Part shown: one piece after another, positions 1-9,078 of the stretch | How the letters are laid out: each line of letters starts with the position of its first letter | Numbering within the stretch: position 1 is the first letter of the stretch | DNA from: an uncultured Candidatus Bathyarchaeia archaeon | GTDB taxonomy: Archaea > Thermoproteota > Bathyarchaeia > Hecatellales > Hecatellaceae | Direction of reading: 5' to 3' | DNA length: 64,000 nucleotides | Assembly (NCBI GenBank): GCA_964484995.1 | Contig: CAZAHF010000001.1 | Coordinates: 672-64,671 of the forward strand | Position numbers and translations under genes: made by a program | Notes under the pieces: model-generated | Told to the model about the DNA's origin: nothing | The model's input: the letters and a program-made list of their open reading frames with translations, nothing else | Databases searched by the model: none

Positions 1-446
1 CTCTTGTCTTCTTCATCTTCTTCTTTACCTCTGTTGGAACTCTAGCCTATACTGGTGTTGCAAAATTAATGGCTGAAGGTGTTGTTTCAGCTGCAGGTGG
101 AAACCCAATATATATGGCTACAATAGTAACATGGACAGCAGGAATCTTAAGCGCCTTTATGGATAATATACTTGCAGTAGCAACCTTAATTTCTATAGTT
201 CATGGGTTAGAGGCTTATGGTTTTAATGTTTTCCCAAACTGGTGGGGACTACTTTTTGGTGCATGTTATCTTGGAAATCTTACTATGATTGGTAGTACAG
301 CAAACATAGTCGCAATAGGAATTATAGAAAAAGAACGGAAAAGATACATAAACTTCTTAGACTGGATTAAGCCAGGACTAGCAATAGCGGTTCCAGAGCT
401 TTTGCTTGCAACTTTCCTTCTAATTCTTCAACATTTTACATTCTAG
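1..446 (+). CDS. C-terminal fragment of an ArsB/NhaD/CitT-superfamily anion permease (5' end lies off the window)
   Basis: The reading frame is open from position 3 with no upstream stop, so the first ATG at 69 is internal. Hydrophobic TM segments and glycine-rich permease-like motifs (GSTANIVAIGI, SAFMDNILAVATL) are present. It overlaps convergently with the polB stop. Confidence 0.5.
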   Translation, partial: LVFFIFFFTSVGTLAYTGVAKLMAEGVVSAAGGNPIYMATIVTWTAGILSAFMDNILAVATLISIVHGLEAYGFNVFPNWWGLLFGACYLGNLTMIGSTANIVAIGIIEKERKRYINFLDWIKPGLAIAVPELLLATFLLILQHFTF

Positions 447-3148
447 AAAAACTCTAATTTAGCCTCTCTTGGAAGACCCCTTATCTCATCAAAACTTATA
501 CCTAAAGCATCTAACACCTGCTCAAAAGTTGTTTGGATATGTTCAACATATTTTTCAACATCTATTTCGTCTATGGAAGCTAAAGATAAAAGTTTAACAC
601 CAGGGTCTTTTTTAACCTTAACATATCTAATAACAGATCCAGCTCCAATATCTTCTCTCTGTTCTTTTGGAAGAGCTTTTAAGGCTTTAACATGCTGAGG
701 AGTTGTTTTATTATAGTCTTCAATATCCTTACCTAATACAACTGTAAACGCAAGTTCTTCAAGAGGATACTTTCTGTCTTTAAGCTTAACATAACAGTCT
801 TTAACTATGCTTTTAATAGTTTCTCTAGCCTTAACAAAGTCATCCTTACTTTTAACTTCCCCTAGAATCTTAACCATCTCAGCAAAAGCCTTCTTAAGAA
901 ACTCGGGAGTATTCCTTTTTTTACCTGTTAAACCCTTAATTTCCACATTTCCATCAGGATAAACACCAATATAGTTTTTCTTACGCGTGGAAAAAACAGA
1001 ATACCTGTAAACTTTGTCTACATCCAACTCCATTCCAAGTATATTCCTAGACCACTTAAGAAGCTCTTCAATCTGTTCTTCTGTAGGATCTTTTAGGAAA
1101 ACAGAGTCCGTGTCGCCATAAATTACTTCTATTCCAAGCTCCTGAGCCTTGTTAATAGTGTTTGTTATAGCATACCTTCCTATACTTGCTGTTGCTTCAG
1201 CTACAGGTGGACAGTAGAGAGCAAAATGTTCAGCTCCAAAAACACCGTATGCAGCATTCAAAATAACCTTTAGAGTTCTTTGAACAACAGAATACCATCT
1301 TCTTACGTCAGATGGAAGGTTTTGGTCTTTTGCTTTAACCTTATACCATCTAACACGTAAGTCTCTAAGTGAACCTATAACCAGACTTGTTAAACCAATC
1401 TTTTTTCTACAAACCCAATGGTTTGTTTCGGGGATAAGATTGCTTTTACATTCTTCATGTGGACATCTAACAGTCTCATAGGATAAATTCCATTTTTTAA
1501 TGATGCTTGGATAGAGACTGCTAAAATCAAGAACAACGACATTAAAGTTTACTCCAGGTTTAGGTTCAATTACCACAGCGCCTCTATACTTTTTACCCTT
1601 AATAACAGCATGAGTTGAAGTAACACCTTTTAAACTTAAAATATCATCTGAGGTTGGAATTAAATATCCGTTTTTACGGTGTTCCCCATACATTAAGCTT
1701 CGAATCCAGTTTGAAACACCCTGCCTTGAAACATCTTCCATAGGCATTCTAGCAATTCTAGCTAAAGCAACAATAAGCTTTAAAACCAAGAAATCATCAA
1801 AGGCTGTAAGCCTATAGGTTAATTCAGCATCCCTTAAACAGTAAGCTGCAAGCTCAGTATAGGTTAGGTCTGAAACATTCTTCTCCAAACTTATCTTTCC
1901 AACACCAAGAAGAAACATAGAAACATCCTGAAGGGTTACATCTTTATACTTCTGGTCAAAGGCATAGGTTTGAATGGCTTTGTTAAAGAAAAACCTGTAA
2001 AGGTCTATATGAATACCGTAGGTTAACATTGCATATTCTCTACCCATTTGAATAGGAATATCCTCTTTTGGAAATCCAAGTTTTTGAGCTCTATGCCAAA
2101 GATATCTAAGATCAAATTCGTCACCATTAAACGTAACAACAATCGGATAGTCTACCAGAAACCTAAAAATTCTACTTAAAAGCTCAACCTCATTTTCACA
2201 ATATATAATTTTCACATCTTCAGGAAGCTTTATATCCCCTTCTTTAACTCCCTCTCTTCTAAGCAGTAGAACTTGTTTAACTCCATCAGACCCTACCACT
2301 GATGCACATATAACCTTGTAGAGGGCTTCTCTAGGTTCTGGAACCCTATCAACAGTTGGAGATTCAACCTCTATATCTAAAGCTACATATCTAAGGTTTG
2401 GAACAGGTGTTTCAAGAAGCTGAATCCAGCTTAAAATATACTCTAAAAACTTTTCGTTTTCACCCAGAAAAATTTTTTTAATTTCCTCAACAAGCCTTTT
2501 ATCTACATCTTTTACGGGGATAAGCTTTCCATCTTCTATGTTGTAGGGAACACCAACATCTAAGTTAAGATCATAAAGAAAGTTTTCATAGTATTTGATG
2601 TCAGCCTCCCAAACTCTAACATTTGGGTCATTAGGTTTTGCTTTAGGAATAATTTCTCTTACAGAGCCTGAAGGTTTTCCACCTATTGTTAATGGGTCAC
2701 GAGCAACAATCTTTGTTACTTTAATGGGTTTATCAAGTAGAGGATTAAACTTTTCAACAACCTCAATTTTTTCTACATTTTCAATTGGTTTAACCTCAAA
2801 AATCTTTTTTAGTTCTTCTGGTGGGAGACTAGTAAAACAATAGGGTTTATGGCCGGTGTTATCATACCAGAGATAGATGTTTTTATCTTCAGGATTATAA
2901 AACTTTAAAACTGCACAAAGTCTATCTCCATCATAAGTTGCTGATAAAAGATAAACATTTTTAAGGTTTAAAGGTTGAATAGTCTTTTTAGCTTTATATT
3001 CTCTACTAAACTCAATCCAACGTCTTAATGAGTCGGCAGACTCATCTATGGTTTTAGGCTCCTCTTCCTTCTTTCCCTTCTCTTCCTCAAAAAAGTCTTC
3101 TAGAAGCTTTTTTTGCATTAGTAAACCCAAAAATAGGTTGGAAACCAA
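443..3148 (-). CDS. polB: Family B DNA polymerase (901 aa)
   Basis: Exonuclease motif (ALDIEVES), PolB motif A (DFSSLYPSII), motif B (KVILNAAYGVFG) and motif C (YGDTDS) are present. No intein-like insertion is visible. Confidence 0.9.
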   Translation of the reverse strand: MVSNLFLGLLMQKKLLEDFFEEEKGKKEEEPKTIDESADSLRRWIEFSREYKAKKTIQPLNLKNVYLLSATYDGDRLCAVLKFYNPEDKNIYLWYDNTGHKPYCFTSLPPEELKKIFEVKPIENVEKIEVVEKFNPLLDKPIKVTKIVARDPLTIGGKPSGSVREIIPKAKPNDPNVRVWEADIKYYENFLYDLNLDVGVPYNIEDGKLIPVKDVDKRLVEEIKKIFLGENEKFLEYILSWIQLLETPVPNLRYVALDIEVESPTVDRVPEPREALYKVICASVVGSDGVKQVLLLRREGVKEGDIKLPEDVKIIYCENEVELLSRIFRFLVDYPIVVTFNGDEFDLRYLWHRAQKLGFPKEDIPIQMGREYAMLTYGIHIDLYRFFFNKAIQTYAFDQKYKDVTLQDVSMFLLGVGKISLEKNVSDLTYTELAAYCLRDAELTYRLTAFDDFLVLKLIVALARIARMPMEDVSRQGVSNWIRSLMYGEHRKNGYLIPTSDDILSLKGVTSTHAVIKGKKYRGAVVIEPKPGVNFNVVVLDFSSLYPSIIKKWNLSYETVRCPHEECKSNLIPETNHWVCRKKIGLTSLVIGSLRDLRVRWYKVKAKDQNLPSDVRRWYSVVQRTLKVILNAAYGVFGAEHFALYCPPVAEATASIGRYAITNTINKAQELGIEVIYGDTDSVFLKDPTEEQIEELLKWSRNILGMELDVDKVYRYSVFSTRKKNYIGVYPDGNVEIKGLTGKKRNTPEFLKKAFAEMVKILGEVKSKDDFVKARETIKSIVKDCYVKLKDRKYPLEELAFTVVLGKDIEDYNKTTPQHVKALKALPKEQREDIGAGSVIRYVKVKKDPGVKLLSLASIDEIDVEKYVEHIQTTFEQVLDALGISFDEIRGLPREAKLEFF

Positions 3149-3247
3149 AACCTAAAAACTTTAACCTCTAAAAAATTGTATTTGAAGGATTCTTCCTAAC
3201 AAAACTAGATTTTGTGTATGACACTGCATTGCAGTGCATTACACGTT

Positions 3248-4168
3248 TTAAAATTTAGGTTTAAACAGGGTTTTTCTTCTTTTTTCAGTTGAGCATAAGA
3301 CTTCAAAGATTATTTTTGCTGCTAGGATTGCTGTAACTCCAAAATCGTATTTTGGGGTAAACTCAACAACGTCTAAACCTATAATGTTTAAAGTGTTACC
3401 TAAACCGACAAGTATGCTGGTTAATGTAGTTGGGTTTAAGCCTTCAGGTTCGGGGTTTGATGCTGCTGGAGCATAAGCAGGGTCTAAAACGTCTATATCA
3501 ACTGTTAAATAAACACCTGAAAAGGAGGAGGCAAAGCTTCTAAGTGTTTTTAAGGTTTCTTTAATATTTTGAGTTTTAACCTGTAAAGATGTTAAAAAAC
3601 CAATTTTTTCTTTTTTAGTGTATTCTAACTCTTCTTTGCATACGGCTCTAGTTCCAACAAAAAATACTCTTTCTCCACCGTTTTTTTCAATTATTCTACG
3701 CATAAAGGTTGTATGGGAAAACCTTTTTCCCAGATATTCGTCTCTAAGGTCTAAATGGGCGTCAAAAGAGATTATTCCAAACTTTTCTGGGAAGGCTTCG
3801 GCAACACTATAGGTAAGGGTGTGTTCTCCACCTAAAACTACAGGAAACTTTTTTAAACTAAAAATTTTTGATAAAACATTTTTTAGGTTTAAAAAGTTCT
3901 GGTTAAAATCATCAACAATAATAAGGTTTCCAAGGTCGCAAATTTTTAGGTCTTCAATATATAGGTCAGACCTAAAACTGTAGGTTTCAATGTTTAGGGA
4001 GGCTTCTCTAACAGCCTCCGGAGCTTTATTTGAGCCAAAACGGTAGGTGCTTGTGGCGTCAAAAGGAAAACCAAGAACAACATAATCCGAGTTTTTAAAG
4101 TCTACCTGAACATCAGCAAAAGGGTTTTTAGGTTTAACAAAAAATTCTTCTAAACTTTTATTCTCCAA
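3248..4168 (-). CDS. speB: Agmatinase / arginase-family ureohydrolase
   Basis: Binuclear Mn-site motifs of the arginase fold are present (GGEHTLTY, DAHLDLRD, TVDIDVLDP). It overlaps the upstream deoxyhypusine synthase gene by 11 nt, indicating an operon. Confidence 0.8.
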   Translation of the reverse strand: MENKSLEEFFVKPKNPFADVQVDFKNSDYVVLGFPFDATSTYRFGSNKAPEAVREASLNIETYSFRSDLYIEDLKICDLGNLIIVDDFNQNFLNLKNVLSKIFSLKKFPVVLGGEHTLTYSVAEAFPEKFGIISFDAHLDLRDEYLGKRFSHTTFMRRIIEKNGGERVFFVGTRAVCKEELEYTKKEKIGFLTSLQVKTQNIKETLKTLRSFASSFSGVYLTVDIDVLDPAYAPAASNPEPEGLNPTTLTSILVGLGNTLNIIGLDVVEFTPKYDFGVTAILAAKIIFEVLCSTEKRRKTLFKPKF

Positions 4169-5129
4169 AAATCCTCTCCATCACAGCTGCAACCAGTATA
4201 GGTAAACAGATTGTTGCATCACATATTACCTGAACCCTATGAGCTTCACCGCCAACCTTACCCCATGAAACAGCTTCCTCTAAGGTTGCACCTGACAAGC
4301 CTCCAGGTTCAGGGCGGTCCATAGTTATCTGAATAACATAGTCGTAGGGTTTCCCAAGCTTAAAAGCTGCTTGAAAAGCATAGTTTTTTGGCACTCCTCC
4401 ACCAACAATTAGAGCTCCAAGCTTTTTAGCTCTTCCAACAATGTTAAGAAAGTCTATAACACCTTTAAACGCATCAACAACTATACGTTTACCACAATGT
4501 TTTTCAACATACTCTTGAACAGCTAAACCAAAACATGAGTCTTGAATAGCTGGAACAAATATTGGAACCCTATACTTATATGCATTGTAAACTATAGAGT
4601 TTTCATCCCTAATTCTTTTACCTATTTCCTCAATAAACTCGGCAGTCGAAAAAATTTTGTCACCATTTTCCCTTATTATATCATTAAAAATTTCTATGAG
4701 AGGTTTGTCAAACTTATTTTTAAAATCATCTTCTGGAATAAAAACATCATAAACCCTATCAACTCCAGACTCATAAAGAAGTTTGTCATCAATATATGGT
4801 GTGCCTCTATAATGAACTCCACCAAAAACCTCTAACACATCATGAACAAGGTTAGCTCCAGTGCTAACAATAACATGGACCATTTTACGTTTAATCATCT
4901 CAATTACCACATGCTTCATACCCGCTGGAACCATAGCCCCTGCAAACCCAAAAACTATAGTTGCTCCATCTCTAACCATTTTCTCATAGATGTTTACTGC
5001 TTGAGCTAATCTTCCAGCACTAAAAGAACCTGACCTTGACATTTCAAGAATAAGCTCGTTTACAGTCATTTTTGGTTTAAGTCTTAAAGGTTTTACAGGC
5101 TCTCTACATATTTCACTAATCTGAGGCAA
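4158..5129 (-). CDS. dys: Deoxyhypusine synthase
   Basis: Full-length DHS-family protein (323 aa) with an NAD-binding glycine-rich region (IVGGGVPKNYAFQAA) and family-typical length. Confidence 0.85.
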   Translation of the reverse strand: MPQISEICREPVKPLRLKPKMTVNELILEMSRSGSFSAGRLAQAVNIYEKMVRDGATIVFGFAGAMVPAGMKHVVIEMIKRKMVHVIVSTGANLVHDVLEVFGGVHYRGTPYIDDKLLYESGVDRVYDVFIPEDDFKNKFDKPLIEIFNDIIRENGDKIFSTAEFIEEIGKRIRDENSIVYNAYKYRVPIFVPAIQDSCFGLAVQEYVEKHCGKRIVVDAFKGVIDFLNIVGRAKKLGALIVGGGVPKNYAFQAAFKLGKPYDYVIQITMDRPEPGGLSGATLEEAVSWGKVGGEAHRVQVICDATICLPILVAAVMERIFGE

Positions 5130-5249
5130 TCTTCCCTCACTCTACTTTAATCGTTTCTATTCTAAATACGATAAAAGTTTTTCTTAAAAATTTAGGGTAA
5201 ACGGAAATTTAATCTATTAAAAAGAATCTTAAGAATTTCTTGGGTTTGT

Positions 5250-7067
5250 ATGGGGTTAAAGTTTAACATTTCCAAAGAAAAAAATATTCTTTTGGCAGTT
5301 TTTACTCTAAATTTTGTTTTAGCAGTTTTAGCGACAAAAGTTTTTTTTGAAAGCTACCCTTTAGGTATGGATTCTTTTTCGCATTTACCTAAGTTTCTCT
5401 ATTTTTCGAAGTACAGTTTTTCTCAATGGTTTTTTGATTGGTATTGTGGTTTTCCATATCTAATCTCTTATGCACCTTTAGCCTACATAATTGCTTATCT
5501 TCCAACCTTTATTGGTATTAATCCTATCCTATCTTACAAGCTTACTGAAATCTTCTTCTTAATATTAACTCCACTTGTTTTCTATAGACTGGCTAGAAGA
5601 CTTGGCTTAGAAAAAAATAGGTCGGCTTACGCAACCCTAATCTTCAGTATTATACCTTCAACAATCCAAAACTATCTAATTTTTGGTAGGTTTGCAAATA
5701 TTATTAGCTATCCTTTCTTTATTCTAACCCTAATCTTTATGTTTGATGTTTTAGAAAATTCCAAGAAAAAAAGTTTTATTTTAGCTTCCATATGTTTTAG
5801 TTTAACACTTTTAACACATCATTTTTCAGCTTATATTCTTCTTCTTGTAATGGTTATTTGTTTTCTCACTTTAGTCCAGGAAAAAGCAAGCCTAAATCAG
5901 GCTTTAGTAGGCATGGTTAAACTTGGGGGGATATCTCTTGTTGGATGTATTCTTTCAGGTTTTTGGCTTATACCCTACTACACCTATAAAGATTACTGGG
6001 TTTTAAGCGATTTTTCCCAGGAGACAGTTACGCTTCTAGCTTCACCAATCCTACTGGTTTTGATGGTTATCCTCATATGTTTAACTGTAAAAAAAGTTTT
6101 TAAACCAAAAAATTTTAGAAGTCTTTTTATTTTGGTTTGGATGATTGTTTTTCTTCTTTTAGGTTCAAGTCTTCTACCTTTAAAATATTTTTTACCTTTT
6201 GGTGGTGAAGTTGATTTCTTAAGGTTCCAACTTTATCTAGCTATACCTATAAGTCTTCTTTTAGTCAACCTTAAAGACTACTCTCTAGGTAAAATAGGAA
6301 AAAAACTTTTACTTCAACAAAAACTGGATAAACCAAAAATGTGGATCCTTATAATCGTAGTTTTAAATATTTTAATTATGGGAGTTATTCTCCAGGTTTT
6401 CCCCACAGTTCTAGCTGAAGAGGTTTGGCCTGAAGACCCCCCACCCAAACTTATTCAATATATCAAAGAGCAAAAAGATTGGGGTAGAATCCTACCCATA
6501 GACTGTCCATTTTGGGTTTATAACCTCCCATATCTAACAGAAAAACCTTTAGTTGACGGATGGTATCCTCAAGGATGTATTTTGCCAAAAATAAAATCTA
6601 GTACAAGAAAAACAATAAACCATTATTCAAATGAAACAATGTTAAAACACTTTATAGGTAACGCCGAAACCTACGGTATAAAATGGGTTTTAGTTGGAAA
6701 CCATTCAAAACTTTATCTACTCAAAAACAGCAATTTCCACAAAGTTTTAACTATTTCAAGGTTTACACTTTTTGAAAATACTTTAAATTTAACCTATATA
6801 GAGACAAACCCAAAAACAACAAAAATTGAGTACATCCAAAAAAGAGACTCCATAATTATAAGTTTAGAAACAAAAAGCTTTAAAACAACAGTTCTAGTTA
6901 AAGAAGCATATTTTCCAGGATGGGTTGTAACCGAAAACAATAAAGAGATATCCGTCTATCCAGATGAAAATGGATTTATCTGTTTTAATATTTATGGTGC
7001 TGGTAAGCATACGGTTATCTTAAAGTTTAATCCATACAGGGATATTCTTCAAAGATTTTTTGGATAA
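5250..7067 (+). CDS. Polytopic membrane protein, putative GT-C-fold glycosyltransferase / YfhO-like (605 aa)
   Basis: About 12 predicted TM helices in the first ~400 aa. An Asp-containing first loop (GMDSFSH) precedes a soluble C-terminal ~200-aa domain. No WWDYG (AglB) motif is present. Confidence 0.35.
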   Translation: MGLKFNISKEKNILLAVFTLNFVLAVLATKVFFESYPLGMDSFSHLPKFLYFSKYSFSQWFFDWYCGFPYLISYAPLAYIIAYLPTFIGINPILSYKLTEIFFLILTPLVFYRLARRLGLEKNRSAYATLIFSIIPSTIQNYLIFGRFANIISYPFFILTLIFMFDVLENSKKKSFILASICFSLTLLTHHFSAYILLLVMVICFLTLVQEKASLNQALVGMVKLGGISLVGCILSGFWLIPYYTYKDYWVLSDFSQETVTLLASPILLVLMVILICLTVKKVFKPKNFRSLFILVWMIVFLLLGSSLLPLKYFLPFGGEVDFLRFQLYLAIPISLLLVNLKDYSLGKIGKKLLLQQKLDKPKMWILIIVVLNILIMGVILQVFPTVLAEEVWPEDPPPKLIQYIKEQKDWGRILPIDCPFWVYNLPYLTEKPLVDGWYPQGCILPKIKSSTRKTINHYSNETMLKHFIGNAETYGIKWVLVGNHSKLYLLKNSNFHKVLTISRFTLFENTLNLTYIETNPKTTKIEYIQKRDSIIISLETKSFKTTVLVKEAYFPGWVVTENNKEISVYPDENGFICFNIYGAGKHTVILKFNPYRDILQRFFG

Positions 7068-9046
7068 TAAACAGTTTCCCCTGTCTCCTTTAAAATAAGA
7101 ATCCCCTCAACTCTCTCTTTTACTCTCTCCTTAAAATCTTTAGACCTTAAAATTTCAAGAAAACTTTGAATCTCAACCTTATTCATCCTATCAACCCTAA
7201 AAACAAAATCGTATAAGTCTTCAGTTAAAGGTATAAAGTCTAAACCATAACGTTTAGCAAAACCTTCAAACCCAAATCCAACATCTACTCTACCATCCAA
7301 AATTGCTGAAATACAACTTTGATAAGAGCCAACCTCAAAGTTGTATCCCTTAATCTTTGACGTTAAACTTTCAAAGTCCAATCCAGTTTTTTCAGCAAGC
7401 TTTCTAAACAAGAAATCTAAAAGTTCTCTTTGCTCTAAACCATGACTCCAGTTAACCATAATAACATCTTCTCTTAAGAAATCATCTAAACCACGAATAT
7501 TTTTCGGGTTTCCCTTCTTCACAAAAATCCCATGCCGCCTTTTATAGCCTCTAACAAGAACAGCCTCATTTTTAATTCCGTAAATTTCAAGAAAAGGCAG
7601 ATTATAGTCTCCTGTTTGCTTATCTAAAAGACTTATTCCAGCAAAATCCGCTCCACCTCTTCTTAAACTTGTTAAACCACCAGAAGAACCAACATTAAAA
7701 ATTTTAATTTTCCAGTTAGGATGTTTTAAAGCTAAAATTTCTAGGATAAAATCTAAACCTAAACAAGCTAAACCAGCAAAAACAAGATTTGAAGGTTTAA
7801 CTTCTTGACTAAAAAGTTTAACCTCAAAAACTTCCCCCTTCTCAACAATAGTCTTATTTTCAGGTATTTCAATAAACCCGTCAGCCTTTGCTAGAGTTGT
7901 AATTGCACCAGAACCTGTTGGTAGAGAAAAAGCTTCCAGCCCATCTTTTGTATGTAGAAGGTTTACAGGTAAAAAGTCTCTTCGCCCCTCGCTAGCAAAA
8001 ATTTTTTCGCCAACCTTTACCTTTAAAACTCTTCTTCTAATTGTAGGGTCTAATCCAGCCATCTCCATAAGAATTGGACGTACAAATAAGTCAAAAACCA
8101 TCAAGGCTGAGGTGGGATAACCAGGTAAACCAAAAATAGGTTTTTTATCTACAACAGCAAGCAAAGTTGGTTTTCCTGGTTTAATTAAGACTCCATGAAC
8201 AATTATTCCAGGTTTTCCAAGCTTCTCCACAACCCTATAAAGTATATCTCCAACCCCTGCTGATGTACCTCCTGAAACAATAACAGCATCACTAATCTCT
8301 AATCCTTCCTTAAGCTTCTGGTAAATAGAATTAAAATTATCTTCAGCAATCCCAAGAAAAATAGGTTCACATCCACATTCCCTAACCGAGCAGCAAATAG
8401 TATAACTATTTACATCATAAATTTTGCCAGACTCTAAGGGTTTTCCAGGTGAGACAAGTTCAGCGCCAGTTGAAAAAACAGCAATCTTAGGTTTTTTAAA
8501 GCAAGGAGGTTTAACAAAACCTATAGCTGCAAGTAACCCTATTTCTCTAGCTGTAAGAATTGTCCCTCTCCTTAAAAGAAGTTCTCCAGCTTTTATATCT
8601 GAACCTGCAACCATAACATTTTCATTTGGTGAGATAGGCTTGTAGACATAAACAAAATCTTTTTCACGTCTAGTATATTCAACCATTACTACAGCATCAG
8701 CACCCAAAGGTATAGGTGCACCAGTAGAAATTTCAACAGCCTCTCCATCATCAACTTTTATGCTTGGTTTTTCACCTGCAGCTATTCTTCCAACAACCCT
8801 AAGTTTAATAGGGTTTGTTTCTCCAGCTCCAAATGTGTTTTTTGCTTTTACAGCATAACCATCCATAGCAGCCCTATCAAAAAACGGAACATCAACTAAA
8901 CCAAAAACATCAGAACCTAAAACTCTACCACAAGCCTCAGTTAAGGGTACACTCTCAACACCTAAAGGTTTTGGTTTAAAAAAACTGTAAAACCTTTTTT
9001 TAGCTTCTTCAACAGACAAAAGTTTATGAAAAATTTCTCTTTCCAA
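7049..9046 (-). CDS. moeA: Molybdopterin molybdotransferase MoeA fused to a C-terminal PBP-like (oxyanion-binding-like) domain (665 aa)
   Basis: The N-terminal ~400 aa align to MoeA (FDRAAMDGYAV, GGTSAGVGD-like MoCF-biosynthesis motif). About 250 extra C-terminal aa resemble the PBP-like domain found fused to archaeal MoeA. Confidence 0.8.
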   Translation of the reverse strand: MEREIFHKLLSVEEAKKRFYSFFKPKPLGVESVPLTEACGRVLGSDVFGLVDVPFFDRAAMDGYAVKAKNTFGAGETNPIKLRVVGRIAAGEKPSIKVDDGEAVEISTGAPIPLGADAVVMVEYTRREKDFVYVYKPISPNENVMVAGSDIKAGELLLRRGTILTAREIGLLAAIGFVKPPCFKKPKIAVFSTGAELVSPGKPLESGKIYDVNSYTICCSVRECGCEPIFLGIAEDNFNSIYQKLKEGLEISDAVIVSGGTSAGVGDILYRVVEKLGKPGIIVHGVLIKPGKPTLLAVVDKKPIFGLPGYPTSALMVFDLFVRPILMEMAGLDPTIRRRVLKVKVGEKIFASEGRRDFLPVNLLHTKDGLEAFSLPTGSGAITTLAKADGFIEIPENKTIVEKGEVFEVKLFSQEVKPSNLVFAGLACLGLDFILEILALKHPNWKIKIFNVGSSGGLTSLRRGGADFAGISLLDKQTGDYNLPFLEIYGIKNEAVLVRGYKRRHGIFVKKGNPKNIRGLDDFLREDVIMVNWSHGLEQRELLDFLFRKLAEKTGLDFESLTSKIKGYNFEVGSYQSCISAILDGRVDVGFGFEGFAKRYGLDFIPLTEDLYDFVFRVDRMNKVEIQSFLEILRSKDFKERVKERVEGILILKETGETVYYPKNL

Positions 9047-9078
9047 AAACTTTTCACCGATATTTGGGTCTAATTTGT

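Noticed and set aside
2595-2843. 82-aa plus-strand ORF inside polB
   Set aside because: It is antisense to a PolB region with conserved motifs, so it is spurious.
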